A DNA stretch of 64,000 nt. Origin: Comamonadaceae bacterium. Its GTDB lineage: Bacteria > Pseudomonadota > Gammaproteobacteria > Burkholderiales > Burkholderiaceae_C. The DNA lies in assembly GCA_030528485.1 (NCBI GenBank), contig JAUMYU010000001.1, positions 273 through 64,272 on the forward strand, written 5' to 3'. Positions within the stretch are counted from its first letter, which is position 1; every line of letters begins with the position of its first letter. Positions 29,715 to 40,064 of the stretch are shown here, piece after piece. Below the pieces are notes generated by a model. It ran no database searches. It had not been told where the DNA came from and worked only from the letters and a program-made list of their open reading frames with translations. Both the position numbers and the translations under genes were made by a program.

Positions 29715-30395
29715 GTGTGGTGGAATCGCTCTAAAAAATCAGCGCAGGAGCCTGCGCCCCCGCCTGTTGCGTCGCCAGCGCCGCCGCCGGATGGCATGGA
29801 TGCGGCGGAGGACTATCGCGCAGGCGTGGCGGGCGAATCCGTCTTGTTTCAATCGCTGCTCGCCCCGCGTGGCCCGGGCGCGGGGCTTGTCGTGCCGTGG
29901 CAAATCCGGGCGGACAATCTGGGCGCCAAGCGCCTGGGGCGCGACAGAGGCATTGTGCTGTTGCAAACCGCCTGGGCGCACCAAGGCCCCAATCAGCCTT
30001 TTAACCGCCAGGAACTCAGCGCCCTGGGGATGTTTTGGGATTACTTCCATGTGGCGGCCGACCGCGAAGTCATCCAGCAAGGCGAATACGGCGATTACAT
30101 GCTGGTGCAGCTCACCGGCGCAATGGCCGTGGAGCGGCTGGATGCCGCCGGGAAAAACATGCGCCTGGCCGAGACCAGCGTGGGCGATTTGATTGGCGAA
30201 ATGTCGCTGCTCGATCATGGCTTGCGCTTTTCTTCCTGCGTCAGCCTCACGCCCTGTGACCTGGCCGTGCTCACGCGCGAGGGGTTGGAGGAGATGCTGC
30301 ACAATCAACCGCAATTGGCGGCCCGCTTGATACTGGTGCTGGCGCGCAAGCTCTCCATCCGGCTGCGCTCGCTCAGCGCCAAACTTGGCTCGTAA
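29715..30395 (+). CDS. Cyclic-nucleotide-binding domain protein
   Basis: VIQQGEYGD, LIGEMSLLD...RFSSC; lies between pilT and pilU; start uncertain. Confidence 0.78.
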   Translation: MWWNRSKKSAQEPAPPPVASPAPPPDGMDAAEDYRAGVAGESVLFQSLLAPRGPGAGLVVPWQIRADNLGAKRLGRDRGIVLLQTAWAHQGPNQPFNRQELSALGMFWDYFHVAADREVIQQGEYGDYMLVQLTGAMAVERLDAAGKNMRLAETSVGDLIGEMSLLDHGLRFSSCVSLTPCDLAVLTREGLEEMLHNQPQLAARLILVLARKLSIRLRSLSAKLGS

Positions 30396-30458
30396 CCGCA
30401 GGCAGCGCCGCCACCGCAATTTTCAGCCGCCCCAGGGCCGGGCCACAGAGGAGAAATC

Positions 30459-31595
30459 ATGGAACGCGATCAGGCCAGTAAATTCATCAACGACTTGCTC
30501 AAGCTGATGGTCAGCCGCAACGGCAGCGACTTGTTCATCACGGCCGACTTCCCGCCCGCGATCAAGGTGGACGGCAAGATCACCAAGGTATCCCCCCAGC
30601 CGCTCACGCCCGCGCACACGCTGGCGTTGGCGCGCTCCATCATGAGCGACAAGCAGGCGGCGGAGTTCGAGCGCACGAAGGAGGCCAACTTCGCCATTTC
30701 GCCAGCCGGGGTCGGGCGCTTCCGGGTCAACGCCTTTATCCAGCAAGGGCATGTGGGGCTGGTGTTGCGGGTGATTCCCTTGACCCTGCCCACCATCGAT
30801 GGCCTGGGGCTGCCGCAAATTCTCAAGGACATTGCCATGACCAAGCGCGGCCTGTGCATTTTGGTGGGAGCGACCGGCTCGGGTAAATCGACCTCGCTGG
30901 CCGCGATGGTGGATTGGCGCAATGAGCACTCCCACGGCCACATCGTCACGATTGAAGATCCGGTGGAATTCGTGCACGCCCACAAGAATTGCGTCGTCAC
31001 CCAGCGCGAAGTGGGGCTGGATACGGACTCCTGGGACGTGGCCCTGAAAAACTCCCTGCGCCAGGCGCCGGACGTGATCTTGATGGGCGAGATCCGCGAC
31101 CGCGAGACTATGGAAAACGCCATCGTCTTTGCCGAAACCGGCCACTTGTGCCTGGCCACGCTGCACGCCAACAGCGCCAATCAGGCGATGGACCGCATCA
31201 TCAACTTCTTTCCGGAGGAGCGCCGCGCGCAACTGCTGATGGATATCTCGCTGAACCTGCGCGCCATCATGTCGCAGCGCCTGGTCACGCGCCAGGACGG
31301 CAAGGGCCGCGTCGCCGCCATTGAGATTCTCATCAACACGCCGCGCGTGGCCGATTTGATCTTCAAGGGCGAAGTCGCCGAGATCAAAGAAGCCATGAAG
31401 CTCAGCCGCAACCAGGGCATGCAAACCTTCGACCAGGCCCTGTTCGACCTGTTCGAGGCCAACGTCATCAGCTACGAAGACGCCCTGCGCAATGCCGACT
31501 CGCTCAACGACTTGCGCCTGCAAATCAAGCTGCACAGCAACCGCGCGCGCACGAAAGACCTGGCCGCAGGCACGGAGCACCTGTCGGTGATTTGA
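30459..31595 (+). CDS. pilU: Type IV pilus ATPase PilU
   Basis: GSDLFIT, GATGSGKSTS, LRQAPDVILMGEIRD, GMQTFDQAL. Confidence 0.92.
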   Translation: MERDQASKFINDLLKLMVSRNGSDLFITADFPPAIKVDGKITKVSPQPLTPAHTLALARSIMSDKQAAEFERTKEANFAISPAGVGRFRVNAFIQQGHVGLVLRVIPLTLPTIDGLGLPQILKDIAMTKRGLCILVGATGSGKSTSLAAMVDWRNEHSHGHIVTIEDPVEFVHAHKNCVVTQREVGLDTDSWDVALKNSLRQAPDVILMGEIRDRETMENAIVFAETGHLCLATLHANSANQAMDRIINFFPEERRAQLLMDISLNLRAIMSQRLVTRQDGKGRVAAIEILINTPRVADLIFKGEVAEIKEAMKLSRNQGMQTFDQALFDLFEANVISYEDALRNADSLNDLRLQIKLHSNRARTKDLAAGTEHLSVI

Positions 31596-31741
31596 GTGCG
31601 CTCTGGCGCGGCAGGTCAGGGCCCGGGTGGGCTTGGCGGGATATAGCGCAAATGCGGCACAATCGCGCCCCGATTCGCCCCGGCCTGCGCCCCGCGCCTG
31701 CCTCGCCCCGTTGTTCAACCCCGCTCCCCTCAGGCTTTTGC

Positions 31742-32293
31742 ATGCACTCCCCTCGCTCTTGTGCCATCGCCTTTCTGGTTGCCGCCGCTTTGGCCGCTTG
31801 CGCCAACCAGTCCCCAATCGCTTCCGGCCTGGCAGTGGGCGCCAGCCAGGCCCAAGCGCGCGGCTTTTGGGGCGAACCGCTGGCCGTCTATGCCAGCGGG
31901 CAGGGCAGCATCTGGTTTTACGACACGGGCGTGCGGACGTTGCAGCGCCAGCGTGTCGTGTTTGACGCCCAGGGCCGCATGCAACAACAAGGCCCTGCAT
32001 GGAGCCGGGTGGCCTTTGCGCAAGTCCAGCCGGGCTGGGATAGCCAGCAGGTGCTGCACCACTTGGGCCCGCCGATCCGGCAAGAAGCGCCGCGCAGCTC
32101 CATCCTGCGAGAGCGCGACGATGCGCCCCAAGAGCGCCTCCGCGCCAGCCGCCCGCCAGCGACAGCCCAAGCCAAACACTGGCTGTATGGATTTCGGGAG
32201 CACACGCGCTACTACGCCGTCGTGCTCACCGTCGAGAACGGGAGGGTGACGGCCATCAACATCCAGGAAGACATGCCGCAAAACCCACTCTAA
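31742..32293 (+). CDS. Lipoprotein with tandem SmpA/OmlA(BamE)-like repeats
   Basis: Lipobox LAAC; two GxS..QV..(W/L)G.P units. Confidence 0.55.
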   Translation: MHSPRSCAIAFLVAAALAACANQSPIASGLAVGASQAQARGFWGEPLAVYASGQGSIWFYDTGVRTLQRQRVVFDAQGRMQQQGPAWSRVAFAQVQPGWDSQQVLHHLGPPIRQEAPRSSILRERDDAPQERLRASRPPATAQAKHWLYGFREHTRYYAVVLTVENGRVTAINIQEDMPQNPL

Positions 32294-32367
32294 TTACAAA
32301 TCAAAAGAAAATAAATAACCTTGTTTTGGCATAACTGATATGAATTGAGATTTCTTTTGATTTGAAA
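32294..32367 (+). repeat. AT-rich inverted-arm element, copy 7 (74 bp)
   Basis: TTACAAATCAAAAG...TGTTTTGGCA...TTTGATTTGAAA; starts immediately after a TAA stop. Confidence 0.9.
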
Positions 32368-32395
32368 TAATGATTAACTGGAAAATTTTTGCCCC

Positions 32396-33442
32396 ATGCG
32401 CCTTGCTTTTGCTGGAACCCCTGAATTTGCCCAAACCGCCCTCGCCGCCCTGTTGCAGGCAGGGCTGACGCCCGCAGTGGCGCTCACCCAGCCCGATCGC
32501 CCGGCCGGGCGCGGCATGCGTGAACAGCCCTCGCCCGTCAAACAATTGGCGCAAGCCCACGGCATCCCCGTGCTGCAACCGCGCGGCCTGCGCCTGGATG
32601 GCCGCTTCGCCGATGACGCCCGGGCCGCGCAAGCCGAGCTGGCTGCGCTGGATCTGGATGTGATGGTGGTTGCGGCCTACGGCCTCATCCTGCCGGCTTG
32701 GGTGCTGGGGCTGCCCCGCCTGGGTTGCCTGAACATCCACGCCAGCTTGCTGCCGCGCTGGCGTGGCGCGGCGCCCATCCACCGCGCCATTGAGGCTGGC
32801 GACACCCGGACGGGCATCAGCATCATGCAAATGGATGAAGGGCTGGATACCGGCGACACGATCGAGATGACGCCCCTGGCCATCGGCGCGGACGAAACCA
32901 CCGCCGAACTGCACGACCGCCTGGCCGCGCTGGGCGGCCAATGCATCGTGCGCGTGTTGCAGCAATGCCCGGCAGGCCCCACGGGCGGGCGCGTGCGCTG
33001 GGCCGCCACGCCGCAGCCCGAAGCGGGTGTGAGCTACGCCCACAAAATCAGCCGCGCGGAAAGCGCCCTGGATTGGCGCCGCAGCGCCGAGGCCCTGGCC
33101 CGCCAAATCCGCGCCTTCAACCCTTTCCCGGCCGCGCAGGCAGAGTTTCTGGGGGCATTGCACGCGCAAGAACAAGGTGGCGAGACCAGCGCCCGTGGCG
33201 AAACCCTGAAAATCTGGCGCGCCCACGCCATCGCGCCCGAGGCGGCGGCAGCGGCTGCTGCGGGCGCGCAGCCCGGGCAAATCCTGTCGGTGGACCGCAA
33301 GCAAGGCATTGTGGTGGCCTGCGGCCAAGGCGCGCTGTGCTTGACGGAACTGCAACGCGCGGGCGGCAAGCGTTTGCAAGCCGGGCCTTTCCTCAGCGGC
33401 TTTGCGATGGCGGCGGGCGAGCGGTTCGCACTGCCGCATTAG
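32396..33442 (+). CDS. fmt: Methionyl-tRNA formyltransferase
   Basis: [42 protein letters not shown]. Confidence 0.96.
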   Translation: MRLAFAGTPEFAQTALAALLQAGLTPAVALTQPDRPAGRGMREQPSPVKQLAQAHGIPVLQPRGLRLDGRFADDARAAQAELAALDLDVMVVAAYGLILPAWVLGLPRLGCLNIHASLLPRWRGAAPIHRAIEAGDTRTGISIMQMDEGLDTGDTIEMTPLAIGADETTAELHDRLAALGGQCIVRVLQQCPAGPTGGRVRWAATPQPEAGVSYAHKISRAESALDWRRSAEALARQIRAFNPFPAAQAEFLGALHAQEQGGETSARGETLKIWRAHAIAPEAAAAAAAGAQPGQILSVDRKQGIVVACGQGALCLTELQRAGGKRLQAGPFLSGFAMAAGERFALPH

Positions 33443-33548
33443 CCGCTCGCCCATACGCCTTCGCGGCACGCACATTCAGGCCGGCGGCACTGCCAGCGCC
33501 GCCCCTTTGGCTCCAGTTTCCGTTTCCCCTCAGCGCGTTGAAGAAGAT

Positions 33549-34154
33549 ATGAATATCGCTTCACTTCTCTTGCTCATCCTGGTCTTGTGGCTGGTTGTGC
33601 GCGGGCGCAGCCAGGCGCGGCGCATTCGGCTGCTGGCCGAAAATTTGTCCGGCCTGCAAATCGAGCAGCACATGCAAACCCTCACCACTGGCTATTTGCG
33701 CGCCATTCACGAGCCGGATTTGGCGCGCCAGGAACAAATCTGGCCGACCTTTGCCGCTACAGAGCGCGCTTTGGCTGCACAAACCGAACATTTGGCGCGC
33801 GCGCTGGCGCGCGTGCCAGCCGAGCAAACGCGCATGGGGCGTCTGGCGCTGGATTTCCCCTGCATCGAGAGCTGGGTGCCCGGCACAACGCGCGACTTTC
33901 GCGCCCTGCTGAAGCTGCACGCCGAGGGCATTCGCCAAGCGGTGGACAACGTGCAAAACCTGGGCCCCAAAGATCGCGCCTATTGCCTGATGGCTGAATG
34001 GCTGCTGTTTCAGCACAGTTGTCATTGGTTTTGCAAGTCCCGCAATACGGCCGATGCCCGCCTGGTGATCCGCCATCAGGTCACACGCGAAAAAGCCCTG
34101 GACTCGGTCAGCCCCAGCACGCGCCAAGCCTACCAGCGTTGGCTGGAAACGTGA
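33549..34154 (+). CDS. Hypothetical membrane-anchored protein
   Basis: 201-aa ORF with an N-terminal TM and an LFQHSCHWFCKS motif; typical codon usage. Confidence 0.7.
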   Translation: MNIASLLLLILVLWLVVRGRSQARRIRLLAENLSGLQIEQHMQTLTTGYLRAIHEPDLARQEQIWPTFAATERALAAQTEHLARALARVPAEQTRMGRLALDFPCIESWVPGTTRDFRALLKLHAEGIRQAVDNVQNLGPKDRAYCLMAEWLLFQHSCHWFCKSRNTADARLVIRHQVTREKALDSVSPSTRQAYQRWLET

Positions 34155-34157
34155 ATA

Positions 34158-34230
34158 TTCTAAATCAAAAGATATAAAAAAACCGATTTCGGCATGATGG
34201 TGTTGAAGTAATCGGTTTTTTGATTTGTAA
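34158..34230 (+). repeat. AT-rich inverted-arm element, copy 8 (73 bp)
   Basis: TTCTAAATCAAAAG...GATTTCGGCA...TTTGATTTGTAA; fills almost all of the 78-bp convergent gap. Confidence 0.9.
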
Positions 34231-34232
34231 AA

Positions 34233-35261
34233 TCAGGCGCGCCCTTGCGGCAGCTCCTCAAAAATGTGCTTGTAAAGCGCATAGCGCGATGGGGCAATGC
34301 CGGGGGGGGAGGCGGCATTGGGCGCTGCCTCCGCAGGCTCCTGGGGCAGCACGGCAGCGCGCACCACGCAATGCGGTTCGTGGATGTGCGTGCAGTTGTG
34401 GAAGCGGCAGCCCGTGGCGTGGCGGGCGATGTCGGGCATCCAGCGTGTCAGCGCCTGGCGGTCGATGTGGTGCAGGCCAAATTCCTGAAAGCCCGGCGAG
34501 TCGAGCACGGCGCTGCCGCGTTCGCGCCCCAGCCAATACCAGGTGGTGGTGGTGGTGGTGTGGCGGCCGCTGTTGAGCGCGCGGGAGATTTCAGCCGTTT
34601 GCGCCTGGGCATCGGGGATGAGGCGGTTGATGAGCGTGCTTTTGCCCACGCCCGATGGCCCCAGCACCAAGGTGGCGCGCCCTTGCAGCAGGGCCTGCAA
34701 TTGGGGGAAGTCATCGCCGCCGTGCGCGGCGTCCAGTTGCAGGCGCAGCACGGGGTAGAGCGGGGCCGGGAGGTGTGCGCTGTCGCCAGCGGGGAGGATT
34801 TGGCGGTATGCGGCCAGGCGTTGCCAGGCGCTGGCGTAGGCCGGGCCCAGATCCTGCTTGTTCAGGCCGATGAGCGCGGGGATGCCCGCAGCTTCTGCGG
34901 CAATCAGGGCTTTGGCCAGTTGCCGCTCGGAGAACACCGGCTCGGCGGCGATGAGGATGAGGATTTGGTCGATGTTGGCGGCAAAGGCCTTGGTGCGCAT
35001 TGCGTCCTGCCGGTAAAACAGGTTGCGTCGGGGGGCGATGTGCTCGATGCTGCCTTCGTCGCCCTGGCCGGGCCTGGGGGCTTGCCATTGCACCTGGTCG
35101 CCCACAACGGCCTGGCTTTTTTTGCCGCGCGGGTGGCAGAGGTGGCGCTGGCCGCCCGCGCTTTCAACGATGTAGTGGCGGCCGTGGCTGGTGACGATCA
35201 GGCCCTCGTGCAAGCCATCTGGCAAGGGGGCTGCGGGTGGTGCGGGGCGAGGGCGGCGCAT
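34233..35261 (-). CDS. rsgA: Ribosome small subunit-dependent GTPase A
   Basis: NKQD, GPSGVGKSTLIN, GRHTTT, DSPGF, CRFHNCTHIHEPHC. Confidence 0.93.
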   Translation of the reverse strand: MRRPRPAPPAAPLPDGLHEGLIVTSHGRHYIVESAGGQRHLCHPRGKKSQAVVGDQVQWQAPRPGQGDEGSIEHIAPRRNLFYRQDAMRTKAFAANIDQILILIAAEPVFSERQLAKALIAAEAAGIPALIGLNKQDLGPAYASAWQRLAAYRQILPAGDSAHLPAPLYPVLRLQLDAAHGGDDFPQLQALLQGRATLVLGPSGVGKSTLINRLIPDAQAQTAEISRALNSGRHTTTTTTWYWLGRERGSAVLDSPGFQEFGLHHIDRQALTRWMPDIARHATGCRFHNCTHIHEPHCVVRAAVLPQEPAEAAPNAASPPGIAPSRYALYKHIFEELPQGRA

Positions 35262-35265
35262 GGCG

Positions 35266-36603
35266 TTAGCTGGCTGCGCCCGCGGGCAGGGTTTGCATGC
35301 GCGCCAGGCGCTCGGCGGCGGGCGGGTGGGAGTAGTAAAAGCGCGCGTACAGCGGGTCGGGCGTGAGGGTGGAGGCGTTGTCCTCATACAGCTTGAGCAG
35401 CGCCGAGGCCAGCTCTTGCGCGCTGGCTTGCTCGGCGGCGTAGGCATCGGCTTCAAACTCCTGGCGGCGCGAGAGCTGCGCCCACAGCGGTTGCAGCAGG
35501 CCGCCAAAGACTCCCGCCAGCAGGCCAAACAGCACCAGGGCCAGGGCGCTGTTGGCGCGGGGATCGAGCGCGCCGCTGGCGGCATCCAGCGCGGGCTGCA
35601 CGCCCAGCGCCAGGTAAAAGCCGCTTTGCTGCATCAGCCAGCCCAGCAGCGCAAAGCCCAGCAGGCTGAGCGCGCTGAAGGCGGCCAGGCGCTTGGCGAT
35701 GTGGCGGCGCTTGAAGTGGCCCAGTTCGTGGGCCAGCACGGCTTCAATCTCGCCAGCGGTGAGCTTGCCCAGCAAGGTGTCGAAAAACACCACGCGCTTG
35801 GCGGCGCCCAGGCCGGTGAAATAGGCGTTGGCGTGGGCGCTGCGGCGGCTGCCATCCATCACGAACAGCCCCTGCACGGTAAAGCCGCTGCGCTGCATCA
35901 GCGCCAGGATGCGGGCCTTGACGGCTTCGTCGGCCAGTGGTTCGAAGCGGTTGAACAGCGGGGCGATGACGGTGGGCGCCAGCCACATCATCAGCAACTG
36001 AAAGCCTACCCACAGCGCCCAGGCCCACAGCCACCACAGGTTGCCTGCGGCCTGCATCAGCGCCAGCACGGCGGCCAGCAGCGGCACGCCCAGCGCCAGG
36101 GCGAGGAGCGCGCCGCGGCAGGCATCGGCCAGCCACAGGCGCAGGCTCATGCGGTTGAAGCCGTGGCGTTGCTCGATGACGAAGATTTTGTACAGGCTCC
36201 AGGGCAGGCCCAGCAGGGCGGAAATGGCGCCAAAGGCCAGCAGCAGCGCCAATTGCTGCGCAAAGCCTGTGCCCAGCCAGTGCAGCAAGGTGTGGTTGAG
36301 GGCGTCCAGCCCGCCCAGCAAGGTCCAGCCCAGCAGCACCAGGGTGGAGAAGGTGGCCTCCAGCATGCCCAGGCGCAGGCTGTCGGTGGTGTAGTCGGCC
36401 GCGCGCTGGTGGGCCTGCAAGCTGATGGCGCTGGCAAAGGCCGCTGGCACGCTGGCGCGGTGGCGCTGGACGTGGCGGGCCTGGCGCGCGGCCAGCCAGA
36501 GGGTGAGCAGCAAATGCAGCGTCAGGCCCGCGGCGAAGGCGGCCAGGAGCCACCAGGCCAGCGGCGTCCAGGGCGAGGGGGCGATCAAGGTGTGTGTGGG
36601 CAT
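35266..36603 (-). CDS. M48 family metallopeptidase (Ste24-like)
   Basis: DGSRRSAHANAYFTG, HELGH, EFEAD, SHPP. Confidence 0.92.
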   Translation of the reverse strand: MPTHTLIAPSPWTPLAWWLLAAFAAGLTLHLLLTLWLAARQARHVQRHRASVPAAFASAISLQAHQRAADYTTDSLRLGMLEATFSTLVLLGWTLLGGLDALNHTLLHWLGTGFAQQLALLLAFGAISALLGLPWSLYKIFVIEQRHGFNRMSLRLWLADACRGALLALALGVPLLAAVLALMQAAGNLWWLWAWALWVGFQLLMMWLAPTVIAPLFNRFEPLADEAVKARILALMQRSGFTVQGLFVMDGSRRSAHANAYFTGLGAAKRVVFFDTLLGKLTAGEIEAVLAHELGHFKRRHIAKRLAAFSALSLLGFALLGWLMQQSGFYLALGVQPALDAASGALDPRANSALALVLFGLLAGVFGGLLQPLWAQLSRRQEFEADAYAAEQASAQELASALLKLYEDNASTLTPDPLYARFYYSHPPAAERLARMQTLPAGAAS

Positions 36604-36710
36604 GCAGGGGAAGGGGAGCGGGGCGCAGCGGGGCACGAGGGGCGGTATGAGGCGTGATGCTTGGCTGCGCGCGGATACAGGGTGTGAGCGTGGGTTTGGG
36701 TTGGGTTATA

Positions 36711-36784
36711 TTCTAATTCAAAGTAAAAATAACTTTAATCAAATATTGCCAAAACAAGGTTATTTTGTTTCTTTTGAATTGTAA
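36711..36784 (-). repeat. AT-rich inverted-arm element, copy 9 (74 bp)
   Basis: Reverse complement TTACAATTCAAAAG...TGTTTTGGCA...TTTGAATTAGAA; abuts the stop codon at 36785. Confidence 0.9.
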
Positions 36785-37888
36785 TTAAACCAGTCTTGCG
36801 GCCTCCAGCTCTTTCTTCAGATAAGCGTAGAACAGCGGGGCGGCCACCAGTCCGGCGGGGCCGAATACGGCTTCGCTGAGGAACATCACGGAGAGCAGCT
36901 CCCAAACGGCGATATGGGTTTTTTCGCCCACCACTTTGGCGTTGATGAAGTATTCGGCTTTGTGGATGAGCACCAGAAAGCCCAGGCAGACGGCTGCCGT
37001 CATGGGCGAGACGGACAGGCCCACGATGGTGATGACGACGTTGCACAGCAGGTTGCCCACGATGGGGATCAGCCCGGCCACAAACGTCAGCGTAATCAGC
37101 GCGGGCGTGTAGGGCAGCTTGAGCTGAAACAGCGGCAGCGCCACCAGCAGGAAGATGGCGGTGAGCAAGGTGTTGAACGTGGCAATCCAGAACTGCGCGG
37201 CCACGATTTGCCGAAACGCATCGCCAAAGCGTGCCACGCGCACTTTGAGCGCATCGGTCAGCGGCGCATTCCATTTGTGCTGCGCGCGCACGGCGGCCAG
37301 CGAGCCGATGAGCAGACCGATGTAGGCGTACAAAAAGCCCAGTAGCCAGATACGCCCGGCATTGGCCATGGCCGAGGCTTTGGAGAGCAGGTAAAACGCG
37401 ACGCTGCGCTGCACGTCCTCCGCCTCGGCGGGCAGCATGGCGGCCAGGTCGGGCGGCAGCCGGTCTTTGAACTCCAGCACGGTGCGGGCGACGTAATCGG
37501 TCAACTCGCTGAATTGGTGCGGCGCGGTGAGCAATACGCTGCGGTAATGGCTGAAGGTGATGCTGAGGGCGACGATGGGGCCAAACACCACCAGCGTGGC
37601 TGCCAGGGCGGGCAGCCACCGCAGCACGGCGTGCGGCGGGCTTTTCCAGCGCAGGCGCAACACATACACGGCCACGGCATTGATCCAGCGCGTGAGCAAA
37701 AAGCCCAGGCAGGCGGCCAGCAGCCCCGGCAGCAGCCCGACAAACATCACCAGCAGCAGCCCTGCGGCCATCAGCAAATAGCTGCTGATGCGCACGGGCA
37801 GGGACACGTGGGCATCGGGCGCGGCCTCGGGCGGGGCCAATTGGGCCACTTCCGGGCCAAGGCGGATGGGGTCGTCGGCGGCGGGCAT
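36785..37888 (-). CDS. AI-2E family transporter
   Basis: Hydrophobic 367 aa; LIPIVGNL, EYFINAKVVG, FGPAGLVAAP. Confidence 0.82.
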   Translation of the reverse strand: MPAADDPIRLGPEVAQLAPPEAAPDAHVSLPVRISSYLLMAAGLLLVMFVGLLPGLLAACLGFLLTRWINAVAVYVLRLRWKSPPHAVLRWLPALAATLVVFGPIVALSITFSHYRSVLLTAPHQFSELTDYVARTVLEFKDRLPPDLAAMLPAEAEDVQRSVAFYLLSKASAMANAGRIWLLGFLYAYIGLLIGSLAAVRAQHKWNAPLTDALKVRVARFGDAFRQIVAAQFWIATFNTLLTAIFLLVALPLFQLKLPYTPALITLTFVAGLIPIVGNLLCNVVITIVGLSVSPMTAAVCLGFLVLIHKAEYFINAKVVGEKTHIAVWELLSVMFLSEAVFGPAGLVAAPLFYAYLKKELEAARLV

Positions 37889-38103
37889 GGGGTGGGGGCG
37901 TTCGCGCGGCGGGGCGTCAGTGTGTCAATGCGCAAAGTTTCTCAAGCGGTGGCGGGAGGCGGTTTGCGCTCCCTGAATGGCGGTTCGCAATCGCTGCTCG
38001 GGCGGTGTGCGGTGCGGCAGGCATGCGCCAGCGCCGCTCGCTCGCGCCCGGAGGGTTTTTCGTCCACTTGCGTCAAGCCTGGAAACACGCTTGAGGCCAT
38101 TGT

Positions 38104-39135
38104 TCAGGCTATTTGCACAGCCTGGGCGCCGCGCGCGCCGATGGCGCCGATGCGGTACACCGTCTCGCCCTGCGCGCGCAGGGTTTGGGCGGTGGCTTCG
38201 GCCTCGCCGGCGGCGACGATGACGACCATGCCGATGCCGTTGTTGAAGGTGCGGTTCATCTCCTGCGCGTCAATGCCCGCCGTGGCTTGCAGCCAGGCGA
38301 ACAGCTCGCTTTGCGGCCAACTGCCCGCTTGCAGGTGCGCGCCCAGGTGGGCCGGCAGGATGCGGGGGATGTTCTCCAGCAGCCCGCCGCCGGTGATGTG
38401 CGCCAGCCCTTTGACGGGGTGTTGCGCCAGCGCCGCCAGCACGCTTTTGACGTACAGCCGCGTGGGGGCCATGATGGCTTCGCGAAATGGCTTGCCATCG
38501 AGCGTTTGCGGCAACTGGCTGCCAGCGCGCTCAATGCATTTGCGCACCAGCGAAAAGCCGTTGGAATGCACGCCGCTGCTGGCCAGGCCCAGCAGCACGT
38601 CGCCTTCGGCGATGCGCGTGCCGTCAAGGATGCGCGATTTCTCCACCACCCCGACGGCAAAGCCGGCCAGGTCGTACTCGCCATCGGGGTACATGCCGGG
38701 CATTTCCGCCGTTTCGCCGCCGATGAGCGCGCAGCCCGACAGCTCGCAGCCGCGCGCAATGCCGCCCACGACGGCCGCTGCGGTATCCACATGCAGCTTG
38801 CCGCAGGCAAAGTAATCCAGGAAGAACAGCGGCTCGGCGCCTTGCACCAGCACGTCGTTCACGCTCATGGCCACCAGGTCAATGCCCACGGTGTCGTGCA
38901 TGTTCCACTCAAAGGCGAGTTTGAGCTTGGTGCCCACGCCATCGGTGCCCGAGACCAGCACCGGCTCCCGGTAGCGTTTGGGAACTTCAAACAAGGCGCC
39001 AAAGCCGCCAATGCCGCCGAGCACGCCCTCGCGCAGCGTTTTGCGCGCCAGCGGCTTGATGCGATCGACCAGGGCATCGCCAGCATCGATATCAACGCCA
39101 GCGTCTTTGTAGGTAATGGGGGAGGTGGTGCTCAT
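38104..39135 (-). CDS. purM: Phosphoribosylformylglycinamidine cyclo-ligase
   Basis: [35 protein letters not shown]. Confidence 0.97.
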   Translation of the reverse strand: MSTTSPITYKDAGVDIDAGDALVDRIKPLARKTLREGVLGGIGGFGALFEVPKRYREPVLVSGTDGVGTKLKLAFEWNMHDTVGIDLVAMSVNDVLVQGAEPLFFLDYFACGKLHVDTAAAVVGGIARGCELSGCALIGGETAEMPGMYPDGEYDLAGFAVGVVEKSRILDGTRIAEGDVLLGLASSGVHSNGFSLVRKCIERAGSQLPQTLDGKPFREAIMAPTRLYVKSVLAALAQHPVKGLAHITGGGLLENIPRILPAHLGAHLQAGSWPQSELFAWLQATAGIDAQEMNRTFNNGIGMVVIVAAGEAEATAQTLRAQGETVYRIGAIGARGAQAVQIA

Positions 39136-39282
39136 GGCAAACAGCAAGGGGGAAAAACGACCATGCGCCCTCGTGGGGCAGCATGGTCTTGTCACTAGAA
39201 TGCGCGGCATTATGCCGTTGCGGCAATGCCCGTAAGGGGGCTTGTTGGCACTTTCTTTCCACGTCTTCTCGCGCTCACCATC

Positions 39283-39996
39283 ATGCAATTGGTTCTGGAC
39301 ATTGGTCTGGCCCCCGAACCCAGCTTTGCCCGCTTTCTGCCCGCCGGCAATGAGGCTGCCGTGCAATGCCTGCAACAAGGCGTGGCGGCGTTGGCGGCGG
39401 CTCAGTCCGATGCGCTGCTGCCGGTTTACCTGTGGGGCAGCCCCGGCACGGGCAAAACCCATTTGCTGCATGCGGTGGCGCGCGCCTTGCAGGCCCAGGG
39501 CCAGGCGGTGGGCTGGCTGGGCGCTGACGCCGCCAGCGGCGGCGGCGGGGAATTCTCCCCGCACTGGCGCGCCGTGCTGCTCGACGATGTGCAGGACTAC
39601 GACAGCCAGCGCCAGCAGCGCGCTTTCAACTGGTGGATCAACGCGCGCCATCGCAGCAGCGGCGAGGCGCCGTGCTGGGTCGTCGCCGCGGGCAGCCTGC
39701 CGCCGGTGGATTTGCCCTTGCGCGAGGATTTGCGCACGCGCCTGGGCTCGGGCCTGAGCTTTGAGCTGCAACCCTTGAGCGACGCCCAGCGCCAGCAAGT
39801 GCTGCAAAGCCAGGCGCAAGAGCGCGGCCTGCATTTGAGCGACGAGGCGGCGCAATATTTGCTTAACCGTTTTGCGCGCGACCTCAGCAGCCTCAGCGCC
39901 TTGCTGACGCGGCTGGACGTGCACGCCTTGCGCACCCAGCGGGCGCTGACCATCCCGCTATTGCGCGAAGTGCTGCAAGAGCAGGCCGGACGCTGA
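39283..39996 (+). CDS. hda: DnaA regulatory inactivator Hda
   Basis: N-terminal clamp-binding [30 protein letters not shown]; divergent from purM. Confidence 0.9.
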   Translation: MQLVLDIGLAPEPSFARFLPAGNEAAVQCLQQGVAALAAAQSDALLPVYLWGSPGTGKTHLLHAVARALQAQGQAVGWLGADAASGGGGEFSPHWRAVLLDDVQDYDSQRQQRAFNWWINARHRSSGEAPCWVVAAGSLPPVDLPLREDLRTRLGSGLSFELQPLSDAQRQQVLQSQAQERGLHLSDEAAQYLLNRFARDLSSLSALLTRLDVHALRTQRALTIPLLREVLQEQAGR

Positions 39997-40064
39997 GCGC
40001 CGCCGCTGCCACCACGCCCGCATTGCCATTTGCCTTGCCTATCTCATTGAAAGGAGAGCTTGCC

